Of a DNA stretch of 54,734 nucleotides, positions 41,038-49,841 are shown piece after piece. Each line of letters begins with the position of its first letter. The first letter of the stretch is position 1. The DNA is taken from contig NZBG01000004.1 of NCBI GenBank assembly GCA_002687795.1, forward strand, positions 1 to 54,734, in the 5' to 3' direction. This DNA comes from Candidatus Woesearchaeota archaeon. GTDB lineage: Archaea; Nanobdellota; Nanobdellia; Woesearchaeales; GCA-2687795. Below the pieces are notes generated by a model. That model did no database searches and was not told the origin of the DNA. It saw only the letters and a list, made by a program, of their open reading frames with translations. The position numbers and the translations under genes were made by a program.

Positions 41038-42177
41038 TCAAAAACTCTTCAACACTTCCCTTATCTCCTTAACAGTCTTCTCCCAGGGAAACCTTTCCTT
41101 TATTGTCTTTCTTGCCTGCTCTCCCATTCCTTCTCTAAACCCATCATCCTTCAGCAAAGAATCCAGCTTTATACTTAAAACATAAGCATTCTTCACAGGA
41201 AAGAAACAGCCATTTACCTTATCTTTGATATACTTCTTAGGATAGCCTATCCTTGTGACCACAGGAGGGACACCGCATGACATTGCCTCCATTGTTGACA
41301 ATGAACTGGTCTCTGTTAAAGAAGGCAGAACATAGATATCCATTGCCTGAAGATAAGGAACTATATTATCCACCGCGCCTATAAGCTTAACATTCTTATC
41401 CTTCTTAAGAATTCTTTCCTGTTCTCTTATGCCCTTTCCTGCAATCAGCAAAATTAAGTTGGAATACTCTTTCTTCAGCCTTAAAAAAGCCTTATACAAA
41501 GTCATTAAATCCTTTTCCCTGCCAATCCTGCCGCTAAATCCGATTACCTTAGTTTTTGGCTTAATACCTATCTTAAGCTTTGAGGCTGACTTATCTTCTG
41601 AAGGGACAAACTTGCCTGTGTCCACACCAAGATGAACCACCCTTTTCCTGGTCTTTACTCCTTTCTCATTCAGTTTTTTACCCACATCTTTGGAAGGAAT
41701 CAGCAACAGATTGCACTTATTATAAAGAGAAATTCCTAATGTTCTGGTTAGATAATAAACAATACTTCTTTTAAAAAAGTTTTTTAAGGCTTTCTTTGCA
41801 AGCTCTCCTTCTAGGGAATGCACATAGGCAACCAATGGCTTCTTATGCTTAACTGCATAATGGTTCACGAACCATACTATTGGTCCTATCGTATGCGTCC
41901 ATACAATATCCGCTTCTCTCACCTCCTTTTCAATCTCTTTTATCTTTGGGATGCATGGGTATGTATCTCCAAACCTGATAATCTTCAACAAAGGGAACCT
42001 GATAACCTTTACACCTCTATATTCAGGAGATGCCCCCTTAAACCTTGGCGCTAAAACTGTTATATCATAATCATTGCTTAAAGATGGTATTACCTCTGAC
42101 AAAAACCTTGCTATCCCGTCCCATCTTGGGAGGAAACAATCAGATGCAATAAGCAGTTTCTTCATCTTATCTTGCAA
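41038..42177 (-). CDS. GT4-family glycosyltransferase
   Basis: The C-terminal GRIGREKD...LPSLTE..S...MEAMSCG.P.V signature (E-x7-E region). Confidence 0.85.
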   Translation of the reverse strand: MQDKMKKLLIASDCFLPRWDGIARFLSEVIPSLSNDYDITVLAPRFKGASPEYRGVKVIRFPLLKIIRFGDTYPCIPKIKEIEKEVREADIVWTHTIGPIVWFVNHYAVKHKKPLVAYVHSLEGELAKKALKNFFKRSIVYYLTRTLGISLYNKCNLLLIPSKDVGKKLNEKGVKTRKRVVHLGVDTGKFVPSEDKSASKLKIGIKPKTKVIGFSGRIGREKDLMTLYKAFLRLKKEYSNLILLIAGKGIREQERILKKDKNVKLIGAVDNIVPYLQAMDIYVLPSLTETSSLSTMEAMSCGVPPVVTRIGYPKKYIKDKVNGCFFPVKNAYVLSIKLDSLLKDDGFREGMGEQARKTIKERFPWEKTVKEIREVLKSF

Positions 42178-42857
42178 AAAACCTCAGCAAACCTGCAGTT
42201 ATTCTTCAACCCATTGGAAAAATCCTTCCTTATAACATTCCATAACAATGAAACCATGGTTATCTTCTGGCTCTTATGGCACCTTAATGCCCTGAGCTTA
42301 GTGTCATATTCCCTGCTTATATCAACAACAAGCTTAGGTAATTTACCTTGTTCTATATCAATAGGGTTCCAGACACCATAGGAATACACATCATATTTCA
42401 TCTCATTCTTGTCTAAAACCTCCAGTAAAACATTAGTAACAGCCTTATGGTCAGGATGAGGGTCTTTGCTGGAATGTGTAAATATCTTAACAGGCTTATA
42501 TTTTCTGATTGTTTGTCTTATTTTATTCTTTAATGTTTTTTTATTCTTTTCAATATCATCTCTCATCCCTGGATCCTTGAGCCCTAAATAGATAATCTCT
42601 CCGCCGCCTATAATCTTATTAGCCTCTTTGCATTCCTTTTTTCTCATCTCTTTAGTAACATGCTTCTTCAGCCATGGATGGCTGCTTTCCCCATAACAAA
42701 ATATAACCGTAATAATATTCAGGCCTTCTCCTGCGTATTTTATCATAGTGCCCCCTGCCCCAAACAGGTTATCATCATTATGCGCGCAAAAGATTATGAT
42801 GTTCTTGCTCATTATGTTATAGATGATTATTTGTTTTATAAAGGTTTTTATAATCAA
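42162..42857 (-). CDS. PIG-L/LmbE-family N-acetylglucosaminyl deacetylase
   Basis: The AHNDD..FG.GG and HPDH zinc-binding motifs. Confidence 0.85.
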   Translation of the reverse strand: MIIKTFIKQIIIYNIMSKNIIIFCAHNDDNLFGAGGTMIKYAGEGLNIITVIFCYGESSHPWLKKHVTKEMRKKECKEANKIIGGGEIIYLGLKDPGMRDDIEKNKKTLKNKIRQTIRKYKPVKIFTHSSKDPHPDHKAVTNVLLEVLDKNEMKYDVYSYGVWNPIDIEQGKLPKLVVDISREYDTKLRALRCHKSQKITMVSLLWNVIRKDFSNGLKNNCRFAEVFCKIR

Positions 42858-42908
42858 ATCGAAGATTTTAAATACCTGTTTAGCTTCCCTCTTTTTAGGG
42901 GGTAAAAA

Positions 42909-43649
42909 ATGAAATTGTCTTTAGCAGAACCAACATACCTAAAAGAGAGTATTTCTATAATTTCTGACTTAGTAAGCGAAGCAAGGTTCAAGGTAACCCC
43001 TGACGCAATTGAGCTCGTTGCCATGGATCCTGCAAATGTTGCAATGGTTGTATTTAAGCTATTATCTTCAAGTTTCACAGAATATAATGTTCAAAAAGAG
43101 CAGAATTTAGCAATAAATCTAAGCAACTTTAAACAAATTCTCAGGAGAGCAAAGCCGGAAGATATACTAACGCTCGAGTTAGAGGAAAATAAGCTTAAAA
43201 TCCAGTTGAAAAGCAACACAACCAGAACATTCTCATTGCCTATAATTGATTTAGAAGAAAAGGAGCAGAAGGTTCCTGAGCTGAAATTCCCTGTGAACAT
43301 AAAAACAACAGCAGCACTTTTAAATGATACAATTGAGGATGTTGACATTGTTGCAGAATCAGTAACATTCCAGACAGAGCCAAAGAAATTTATTGTTTTG
43401 GCAGAAGGAGACCTCAGCCAGGCTAAGATAGAGGTTCCTGAAGGAGAAGACACAAAGATAACCGCAGGCTCTGACACTGTAAAATCAAAATATTCCATAG
43501 AATACCTTAAAAAGATGATAAACGCCTCAAAACTGGCTAATGAAGTTACTTTACAGTTTGACAAGGATTATCCGCTTAAATTAGAGTACACAGTGGTTGA
43601 CAAACTGCAGCTGGCTTTTATACTGGCGCCAAGGGTTGAGAACGAATAG
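42909..43649 (+). CDS. pcn: PCNA sliding clamp
   Basis: 246 aa. The pattern ....I..L..EA.F.V...GI.L.AMD...VA.V matches archaeal PCNA. Confidence 0.9.
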   Translation: MKLSLAEPTYLKESISIISDLVSEARFKVTPDAIELVAMDPANVAMVVFKLLSSSFTEYNVQKEQNLAINLSNFKQILRRAKPEDILTLELEENKLKIQLKSNTTRTFSLPIIDLEEKEQKVPELKFPVNIKTTAALLNDTIEDVDIVAESVTFQTEPKKFIVLAEGDLSQAKIEVPEGEDTKITAGSDTVKSKYSIEYLKKMINASKLANEVTLQFDKDYPLKLEYTVVDKLQLAFILAPRVENE

Positions 43650-43731
43650 TGAAATATTAATTCTCTCTTTTTGTGTTATGTTCTATCTAACCATAAACTA
43701 TATATATGTGGCAATAATTATTAGATCTTCG

Positions 43732-44676
43732 ATGTTAAGAGATATCAAAAATATGTTTAAAAGAATTTTCTTTAGAATTCATAAATTAGGTTTACGGATA
43801 GGTATATGTATTCTTCCAACCCATTTTTATTCTTCCGCTTGTAATATTTTGGAACTTGAAGCAACTAAACCTACTTGGTCAAAAAGATCTGAAATGCCAG
43901 GTGTTCAAATAGATTTGGATAAACAGATTAGAAATCTAAAAAGTGTATGCTTACCATTCCAGAAGGAATACCTAAGTAATAAAGTCTATTTAGATAGTGT
44001 TAAATCTAAATGGGGTCCAGGCTAGGGTTATATTGAGGTTCAGGCTCTTCATTCAGTCATTCGCTATTTCAAACCAAAGAAAATTATTGAAGTTGGATCT
44101 GGAGTTTCTACTTCTTGTAGTTTAGCATCCATTAAGTTAAATTTTAAAGAAGAAAATATAAAACAGGAAATTGTATGTATTGAACCGCACCCCTCATACC
44201 AGCTTAAAAATTCAAAGGAAATAAAACTAATATGTAAAAAAGTGCAAGAAATACCTTTTGAATTCTTTAAAAGGTTAAAAAAAGGGGATCTACTTTTTAT
44301 CGACTCTTCTCATGTTGTAAAATCCGGAAGCGATGTAAATTATATTATCCTAGAAATACTTCCTAGGTTAAATAAAGGAGTAATAATCCATTTTCATGAT
44401 ATATATCTCCCTTATGATTATAATAGGTTTGTACTGAAATCTTTCTGGGACTGGAATGAGACTTCTCTCTTAAGAGCTTTTCTTATTTTTAATAAAAAAG
44501 TAAAAATTTTGTTCTGTTTAAGTCATTTGCATTATGATCGTAAGAGCGTCTTAAAACAAGTATTTCCGGAGTATAACTCCCAGTCAGATCTTGATGGGCT
44601 TTGCAACGAAGAATGTAAAACATTTGAGTATCCCAAAAAACATTTTCCTTCATCAATATATATCCAAAAAACTTAA
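43732..44676 (+). pseudogene. Class I SAM-dependent methyltransferase (Methyltransf_24-like) interrupted by an in-frame TAG at 44023-44025
   Basis: ORFs 43597..44025 and 44242..44676 share a frame. Readthrough gives ..KWGPG*GYIEVQALHSVIRYFKPKKIIEVGSGVST..FIDSSH.., a contiguous methyltransferase fold. Confidence 0.6.
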
Positions 44677-44766
44677 GATTTTCCTGTGATTAAAAAGACA
44701 AATCCTCAACTCAAAAATCACATTAACTCCATTTATGTAAGGTCTATATCCCAATTTAGAGTAACC

Positions 44767-44774
44767 TTTATAAA
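44767..44774 (+). promoter_or_regulatory. TATA-like box for RNase P RNA
   Basis: tttataaa lies 22-29 nt upstream of the predicted RNA 5' end. Confidence 0.35.
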
Positions 44775-44795
44775 CAAAACCCACTTTTTTCTATA

Positions 44796-45127
44796 ATGTA
44801 GGGCAAGAACTTAGCTTTCGCATCTAATGTGAGGAAAGTCCACCCACACAGCTGTTTTCAGCTGAAAAGAGCCACTCTTGAGAAAGAGTTCCTGAGAGGG
44901 AAGGCAACCCATTCAGAAAATAAACCACTTATTAAGAGTATGATGCTGCGAAGCCTTGAGGCGACTTGGGGCGAGTTAACCAGCTGACGTTTTAGTAAGA
45001 AAGGATGAAACATGGGACCTGGTCTGTGCAAGTTCATTGCAACGCTTAGTTAAATGCTAAGGCAGGCTATCGCAACATCTGTTGCACAAAAGGGCCTGAC
45101 AGAAGGTGGCTTATTCCTACCCTACAT
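44796..45127 (+). ncRNA. rnpB: RNase P RNA
   Basis: Universal CR-I GAGGAAAGTCC at about 44833 and CR-V ACAGAAGGTGGCTTA at about 45099. P1 pairs atgtaggg with ccctacat. A T8 run follows the 3' end. Confidence 0.85.
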
Positions 45128-45216
45128 TTTTTTTAGTTTGTTACTATTCTCCAATCCTACAAAAAGTTTATAATATACAAGTAGTTTAATTTATGAATTC
45201 TAAAAGGGGGTGTTTA

Positions 45217-45915
45217 ATGGGATTTTTAAATGTCTTTGGGAAAAAAGAGGCGAAACCTAAGCAGGAGGTAGATATACCACCCCCTCCGCCACTTCCTTCT
45301 ATGCCGTCAGTCAAAGGAAAAAAAGGAAAGGAGATAGAACTGCCTCCTTTACCGCCATTAGAGCCTATTACCTTAAAACATGAAAAGCATAAGCCAAGAG
45401 AGGTTCATGAGATGCCTAAGCCTCCAGGGCCTCCTGCATTTGAGCAGACCCCTGAATTCGAGGCTCCAAGATTTCCTCCACCAGGTATAAAGCCCAGGGC
45501 AGGAAAACTGCAAATGCATCCAAGGCAGGGATTTAAGATACCAGAAGCGTTCAAGAAACAGGCTGCGCCAAGGCATGCGCCGCCGCCAAGACATATGCCC
45601 CCACCACCAAGGCAAATGCCACCGCCTCCAAGGCACAGGGAAGCCAGCCCTTTTGTGCCTCCTGTGAGAACAAGGGAAGAAGAGATGATTAAAAAGGATA
45701 TCAAAGGCCCATTATTCGTAAAGCAGGATTCCTATAAAGCCATCCTGGAAGGTGTTTCTATAATCAGGAATAAGCTAAAAGAATCAGATGATCTGGTTTT
45801 AAACCTTAACAATATTAAGAATAGCAAGGATAAAGAGTTTGAGAAATGGAGAGCCAGTTTAGAAGACATACAAAGAAAATTGATATATGTTGATAAGGCA
45901 TTGTATGAAAAATGA
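45217..45915 (+). CDS. Pro-rich protein with a C-terminal coiled-coil domain (paralog 1 of 3)
   Basis: Start at ATG 45217 after aggggg. N-terminal amphipathic MGFLNVFGKK, a long P-rich linker, then PLFVKQDSYKAIL...W...LEDI..KL..VDKALY. Confidence 0.55.
   Translation: MGFLNVFGKKEAKPKQEVDIPPPPPLPSMPSVKGKKGKEIELPPLPPLEPITLKHEKHKPREVHEMPKPPGPPAFEQTPEFEAPRFPPPGIKPRAGKLQMHPRQGFKIPEAFKKQAAPRHAPPPRHMPPPPRQMPPPPRHREASPFVPPVRTREEEMIKKDIKGPLFVKQDSYKAILEGVSIIRNKLKESDDLVLNLNNIKNSKDKEFEKWRASLEDIQRKLIYVDKALYEK
45565..45636 (+). repeat. Tandem Pro-rich coding repeats (APRHAPPPRHMPPPPRQMPPPPRH)
   Basis: Imperfect cc(n)cc(n)ccaag(r)ca(n)atg units are visible at the DNA level. Confidence 0.5.
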
Positions 45916-45931
45916 ATTTCAGGTGAACAAA

Positions 45932-46168
45932 ATGCAAGAAAATGTTTCCAAGCCCCCAATGTTTATAAGGATAGATGAGTATGAGGATATACAGGATATA
46001 ATGAGAGTGGTCAAGAAAAAGCTGGACCAGGCAAAATCTATATTAAACCGAATTTACAGCTTAAAAACCGATGAGGATGCAGAGATTGACAGATGGAATT
46101 CTATATTAGAGGACGTAGAAGGAAAGATGGATTCTATAGAGAGAGCTTTGTTTGAACAAGAGGGCTGA
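45932..46168 (+). CDS. Coiled-coil protein (paralog 2 of 3)
   Basis: Start at ATG 45932 after aggtga. PMFIRIDEYEDIQ...W...LEDVEGKM..IERALF aligns with the C-terminus of 45217..45915. Confidence 0.5.
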   Translation: MQENVSKPPMFIRIDEYEDIQDIMRVVKKKLDQAKSILNRIYSLKTDEDAEIDRWNSILEDVEGKMDSIERALFEQEG

Positions 46169-46170
46169 AA

Positions 46171-46518
46171 ATGAAAGAAGAAGGAGGTGAGTTCAGTTAT
46201 ATAAGGATTAGAGATAATCTTGAATTCAGAAGGAATATTTTAGGCTATTTAAAAGGCGTTATCCAATTATTGCAAAGGCATGAGCAGATAAAGAGCATAA
46301 GAGAAGAAAAGATAGAAAGGGTAATGCAGCTCAAAGGTGTTCTCCTGGAATTGTCAAAGCTGAACATGCAGTTAAGGTTAGAGATGCCAAAGGTTAGTGT
46401 GCCCAGCAGAAAGGCAGGGGGATCTTCTAAGGTTATTGGAGCCGGAAAAGCAAACCAGCTTGAAATGCTGGAGGAAGAGTTAGGTGACATTGAGTCAAAG
46501 CTGAAGGGTTTGGTTTAA
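46171..46518 (+). CDS. Coiled-coil protein (paralog 3 of 3, more divergent)
   Basis: FSYIRIRDNLEFRRNIL... followed by helical segments. Starts 2 nt after the previous stop. Confidence 0.45.
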   Translation: MKEEGGEFSYIRIRDNLEFRRNILGYLKGVIQLLQRHEQIKSIREEKIERVMQLKGVLLELSKLNMQLRLEMPKVSVPSRKAGGSSKVIGAGKANQLEMLEEELGDIESKLKGLV

Positions 46519-46697
46519 ATAATAATTATCTGTTTCTGTTATCTGCACATTCTGGCTGAAAAAGAATTTTTTATAAAAAACTTCTTTGCTGAAATGAATC
46601 ATCCTAAGATTAGTAAGGCTGTTTTGGAACAAAACAGCTTAACAGCTGAAAGAATAAGATTAAAGAAGTAATTATTATAAAGCTCTGATTTAGGAAA

Positions 46698-46707
46698 ATA
46701 TTTAAAA
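46698..46707 (+). promoter_or_regulatory. TATA-like box upstream of tRNA-Leu
   Basis: atatttaaaa lies 32-41 nt upstream of the tRNA 5' end. Confidence 0.3.
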
Positions 46708-46738
46708 GACTGTTTCTTTTCTCAGTTCTATTTGATAC

Positions 46739-46925
46739 GCGGGGATGCCGGAGTGGCCAAACGGGATAGAGTTTAGTCACAGAGGTACTAAATATCCACA
46801 CTCAAGTCATTTGAGTTATGAGGTCTCACAAAAGACCAATGAATTGCTCGTGAGCCATCTATTGGCTTAGTGCCTACTAGGGTTCAAAACAACTGAGGAA
46901 GTTGATGAAAGTCCCTATCCCCGCA
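46739..46925 (+). tRNA. tRNA-Leu (anticodon CAA), class II, with three introns (46770..46799, 46807..46856, 46889..46911)
   Basis: Acceptor GCGGGGA/TCCCCGC and A73. After removing three BHB-bounded introns, the 84-nt product has anticodon arm ATAGA-CTCAAGA-TCTAT, a 15-nt variable arm and T arm TAGGG-TTCAAAT-CCCTA. A T-run follows. Confidence 0.8.
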
Positions 46926-46983
46926 TTTTTTCTGCCATAAAACAAAAACATTAAAATAACATCTCCTCTTACCCATCATTTTA

Positions 46984-48291
46984 ATGAGCCTATCAATAAA
47001 AAACTGTAAAATTCTCCAGGCAGGGCGTTTAGTTGACACTAATATCTATATCGATGACGGGAAAATAAACCATATAGGCAGCTTTGTTGATGCAGACAAA
47101 AACATAGACGCTAACGGGAAGATAGTTATCCCCGGCCTGATTGACTCTCATGTGCACTTCAGAGAGCCTGGCATGGCTCATAAAGAAGACTGGAAAACTG
47201 GCTCTGTAAATGCTGCTTCAGCAGGGATCACAACAGTGCTGGACATGCCAAACACCTCACCCCCCACTATATCTCTAAAAGACCTGAAAAAGAAGAGAAA
47301 ACTTGCCTCTAATAGTCTTGTGAACTATGGGTTCCATTTCGGAGCAACAACAAACAATGTAGACGCCATTAAAGAGCTTGAGAAAGAGATAGCCTCTGCA
47401 AAGATCTTCATGGGCTCCTCAACAGGATCGCTATTAATAAACAAAAGCAGAGAGCTGTTTGAGACATTATCCCACCTTGACAAGCTGATAACAGTGCATG
47501 CAGAAGATGATTTCCTTATAAAACATTTCTCAGAACAAAACAGGGATGAAGACAATCCCGAGATACATCATGAGGTAAGGACAAACCTATGCGAAGAGCT
47601 TGCCATCACAAAAATAATCCTATTCTCAAGGCATCTAGGCAACAGCCTGCACATCTGCCATGTAAGCACAAAAGAAGGCCTTGACCAGATCATAAAGGCA
47701 AAGAACGAAAGGCTGAACCTTAGCTGTGAGGTAACCCCTCATCATTTGTTCTTAACAAACGAAGATGTTAAAGATTTAGGCAACTATGGCAAAATGAACC
47801 CTCCTTTGAGGTCAAGGCAGGACCAGACTGCCCTATGGAACGGCTTAAGAAAAGGCTGGATAGACACAATCGCAACCGACCATGCTCCTCACCTCAAAAA
47901 GGAAAAAGAGCAGTCTTACTGGAAAGCGCCTTCAGGCGTTCCCGGGGTCAGCACAATGCTTCCCTTATTACTGGACGCTGTGAACAAAGGAAAGCTGGAG
48001 CTTGATGATGTTGTAAGGCTCACAGCAAACAACCCAGCCAGTATATTCAGGCTCAAAGACAAGGGCTTCATAAAGCCCAACTATGATGCAGATTTGGTTA
48101 TTCTTGACATGGAGCTTGAGAAAGAGGTTAACAATGAGCAGCTTAACAGCAAATGCGGCTGGAGCCCTTTCCATGGCAAGATTCTTAAAGGCTGGCCCAT
48201 CACCACAATCATCAACGGGAACCTTGTATTTGATTCAGGGCAGGTTTATGATGAGGAAAAGGGAAAAGAGGTAGAATATATGGATGAATAG
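46984..48291 (+). CDS. pyrC: Dihydroorotase
   Basis: The amidohydrolase signature PGLIDSHVHFREPG, plus later H and D ligands (HICHVS, ATDHAPH). Confidence 0.88.
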   Translation: MSLSIKNCKILQAGRLVDTNIYIDDGKINHIGSFVDADKNIDANGKIVIPGLIDSHVHFREPGMAHKEDWKTGSVNAASAGITTVLDMPNTSPPTISLKDLKKKRKLASNSLVNYGFHFGATTNNVDAIKELEKEIASAKIFMGSSTGSLLINKSRELFETLSHLDKLITVHAEDDFLIKHFSEQNRDEDNPEIHHEVRTNLCEELAITKIILFSRHLGNSLHICHVSTKEGLDQIIKAKNERLNLSCEVTPHHLFLTNEDVKDLGNYGKMNPPLRSRQDQTALWNGLRKGWIDTIATDHAPHLKKEKEQSYWKAPSGVPGVSTMLPLLLDAVNKGKLELDDVVRLTANNPASIFRLKDKGFIKPNYDADLVILDMELEKEVNNEQLNSKCGWSPFHGKILKGWPITTIINGNLVFDSGQVYDEEKGKEVEYMDE

Positions 48292-48304
48292 GGGGTAAAA
48301 TAAA

Positions 48305-48961
48305 ATGGCAAAAGAAAAAGAAATTGCAAAGATTCTGCTTGAGAAGAAAGCAGTTACATTAAACACCAAAGAGCCTTATACTTATGTATCAGGCATAAGA
48401 AGCCCTATTTATTGCGATAACAGGGTTATGACCTTTTTTCCTGAACAAAGGAAAATGATCTCCAATGCTTTTAACGAAATTGTTGAAGGGCTTGAGCCGG
48501 ATGTTATAGCCGGGACAGCCAGCTCAGCAATATCATGGGCTGCCTGGGTCAGCCAAAGACTGAGCAAGCCAATGGTTTATATCAGAAAAAAGACCAAAGA
48601 CTATGGAAAAGAGAAGCTTATTGAAGGTGGGGATGTAAACGGAAAGAGGGTTGTTGTAATTGAGGACCTTGTAAGCACTGGAGGAAGCAGCCTGAATGCT
48701 GTAAACGCCTGTAAAGGGGCTGGAGCGGAAGTTATTGCAATGGTTGCAATATTTACCTATGAATTCGAAAAAGCCAGGAAAAGCTTTGAAGAAGCTGGCT
48801 GCAAAGCAGTCTTTCTCACCAATTTCTCAACCTTAGCGAATGTTGCAAAAGAGATGAATCATCTTAACGAAGATGAATTAAAAGTTGCCTTAGAATGGAA
48901 CAAAGCACCTTCAGAATGGGGACCAAAGCATGGGTTTGCTAATGCTGAGGGTAAATCTTAA
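48305..48961 (+). CDS. pyrE: Orotate phosphoribosyltransferase
   Basis: Y.SGI.SPIYCDNR and the PRPP loop VVVIEDLVSTGGS. Confidence 0.88.
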   Translation: MAKEKEIAKILLEKKAVTLNTKEPYTYVSGIRSPIYCDNRVMTFFPEQRKMISNAFNEIVEGLEPDVIAGTASSAISWAAWVSQRLSKPMVYIRKKTKDYGKEKLIEGGDVNGKRVVVIEDLVSTGGSSLNAVNACKGAGAEVIAMVAIFTYEFEKARKSFEEAGCKAVFLTNFSTLANVAKEMNHLNEDELKVALEWNKAPSEWGPKHGFANAEGKS

Positions 48962-49074
48962 CAAAGATTGATATGGTGTAAAGTAATTAATGAAAAATAG
49001 AAATGTTTATAATGTAGTAGTGAATGAGTATGTAAATAAATATTTTTAAAATAAAACAAGAAGGTGATTTAAAA

Positions 49075-49722
49075 ATGACTGAAGCTGATAAATCTTTTGA
49101 AGAGCATTTTGCAGAAATGGAAGAATATTATTCTGATAAAAAGGGAGTCAAAAAAAAAGAGAAGGATAGGAAGGGCGCCCAAAGGGATCTTGATGCAATA
49201 ACCAAAGATGCAGAAGATAAAATCAAAGAAAGCGGCGATGATGCTTCCCAGCATGCCTATAACATGGTCTTGGAGCATGCTAAGAAATTCTTAAAAGATT
49301 ATGAAGGAGTTAAAGGTCTTGATGGCAAATCAGAAGATGAAATCCTGAATATGTTTAGTAAACATGTTCGTGGCGCAACTAGAGGTGAAATAAGAGACAG
49401 TTTTGAGCTGATACAGCACATAGCAAGCCATCCGGATGCTTTTGACCAGTTTGATGCCTGGAATAGTTACCAGACAAATATAGGAGCTACAGTAACTGAT
49501 AAGATGACTGAAAAGGAACCTGTCCTGAAGCTTGCTCATTACCATGAGGCTGCTAAGGATTTTGCTGTTGGAAAATATGGCGAAGAGGGCATTAAACTGA
49601 AGACAACCCTTGACAGAGGACGCTATTTTAGGCACATAGAAGCAGTAGCAAAAGGCGAGCATAAGGCAAAGGCACATAAAACAAGAGCTGATTTCAGGGA
49701 TGATTATGCTAAAACAGCTTAA
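49075..49722 (+). CDS. Hypothetical protein
   Basis: 215-aa ORF with aaggtga upstream. No motif recognised. Confidence 0.45.
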   Translation: MTEADKSFEEHFAEMEEYYSDKKGVKKKEKDRKGAQRDLDAITKDAEDKIKESGDDASQHAYNMVLEHAKKFLKDYEGVKGLDGKSEDEILNMFSKHVRGATRGEIRDSFELIQHIASHPDAFDQFDAWNSYQTNIGATVTDKMTEKEPVLKLAHYHEAAKDFAVGKYGEEGIKLKTTLDRGRYFRHIEAVAKGEHKAKAHKTRADFRDDYAKTA

Positions 49723-49755
49723 TTTTCTTTTTTATTTATTTTCTTTTAATTTTAG

Positions 49756-49841
49756 AAAGAATCAAAGCTCTACCTTCTTCTTCTCTTTCATTGCAGTTGG
49801 AGCCTGGCCTCCATGCCAAGTAAACCTTGACCTAATCCTCA
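49756..49841. repeat. 86-bp direct repeat, distal copy (orphan copy of the ATPase gene 3' end)
   Basis: 80 of 86 nt match 51052..51137. The minus strand encodes RIRSRFTWHGGQAPTAMKEKKKVEL*, against RVRPRFTWHGGQAPTAMKDKKKVEL* at the intact gene end. Confidence 0.85.

Noticed and set aside
44023-44025. The in-frame TAG as evidence of stop-codon reassignment or pyrrolysine.
   Set aside because: TAG terminates several confidently called genes in the window (MoxR, TBP, PCNA, the ORF ending at 14456 and the Zn-ribbon gene ending at 31485). No pyl genes or CUA tRNA are visible.
46618-46638. A perfect 9-bp hairpin, gctgttttg-gaa-caaaacagc, 100 nt downstream of the coiled-coil operon.
   Set aside because: It has no adjacent T-tract and no second copy. 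It could be a terminator or an sRNA stem, but nothing supports a specific call.
46610-46801. A 63-aa minus-strand ORF.
   Set aside because: It overlaps the tRNA-Leu gene and its promoter region, so it is most likely spurious.
46766-46862. Folding the tRNA with a single 37/38 intron (stem ATAGA/TCTAT, loop G-T-TTA-G...A) gives anticodon UUA, i.e. a UAA-suppressor tRNA.
   Set aside because: The central BHB helix for that model has only 2 of 4 pairs and G at position 32. TAA is the dominant stop codon of clearly intact genes here. The two-intron solution gives perfect 4-bp helices and the canonical Leu loop CTCAAGA.
46899-46913. gatgaaagtcc in tRNA intron 3 resembles the RNase P CR-I motif gaggaaagtcc and a C-box-like tgatga.
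   Set aside because: The segment is only 23 nt, is fully explained by the BHB structure, and has no D box or further RNase P elements. I treat it as coincidence.
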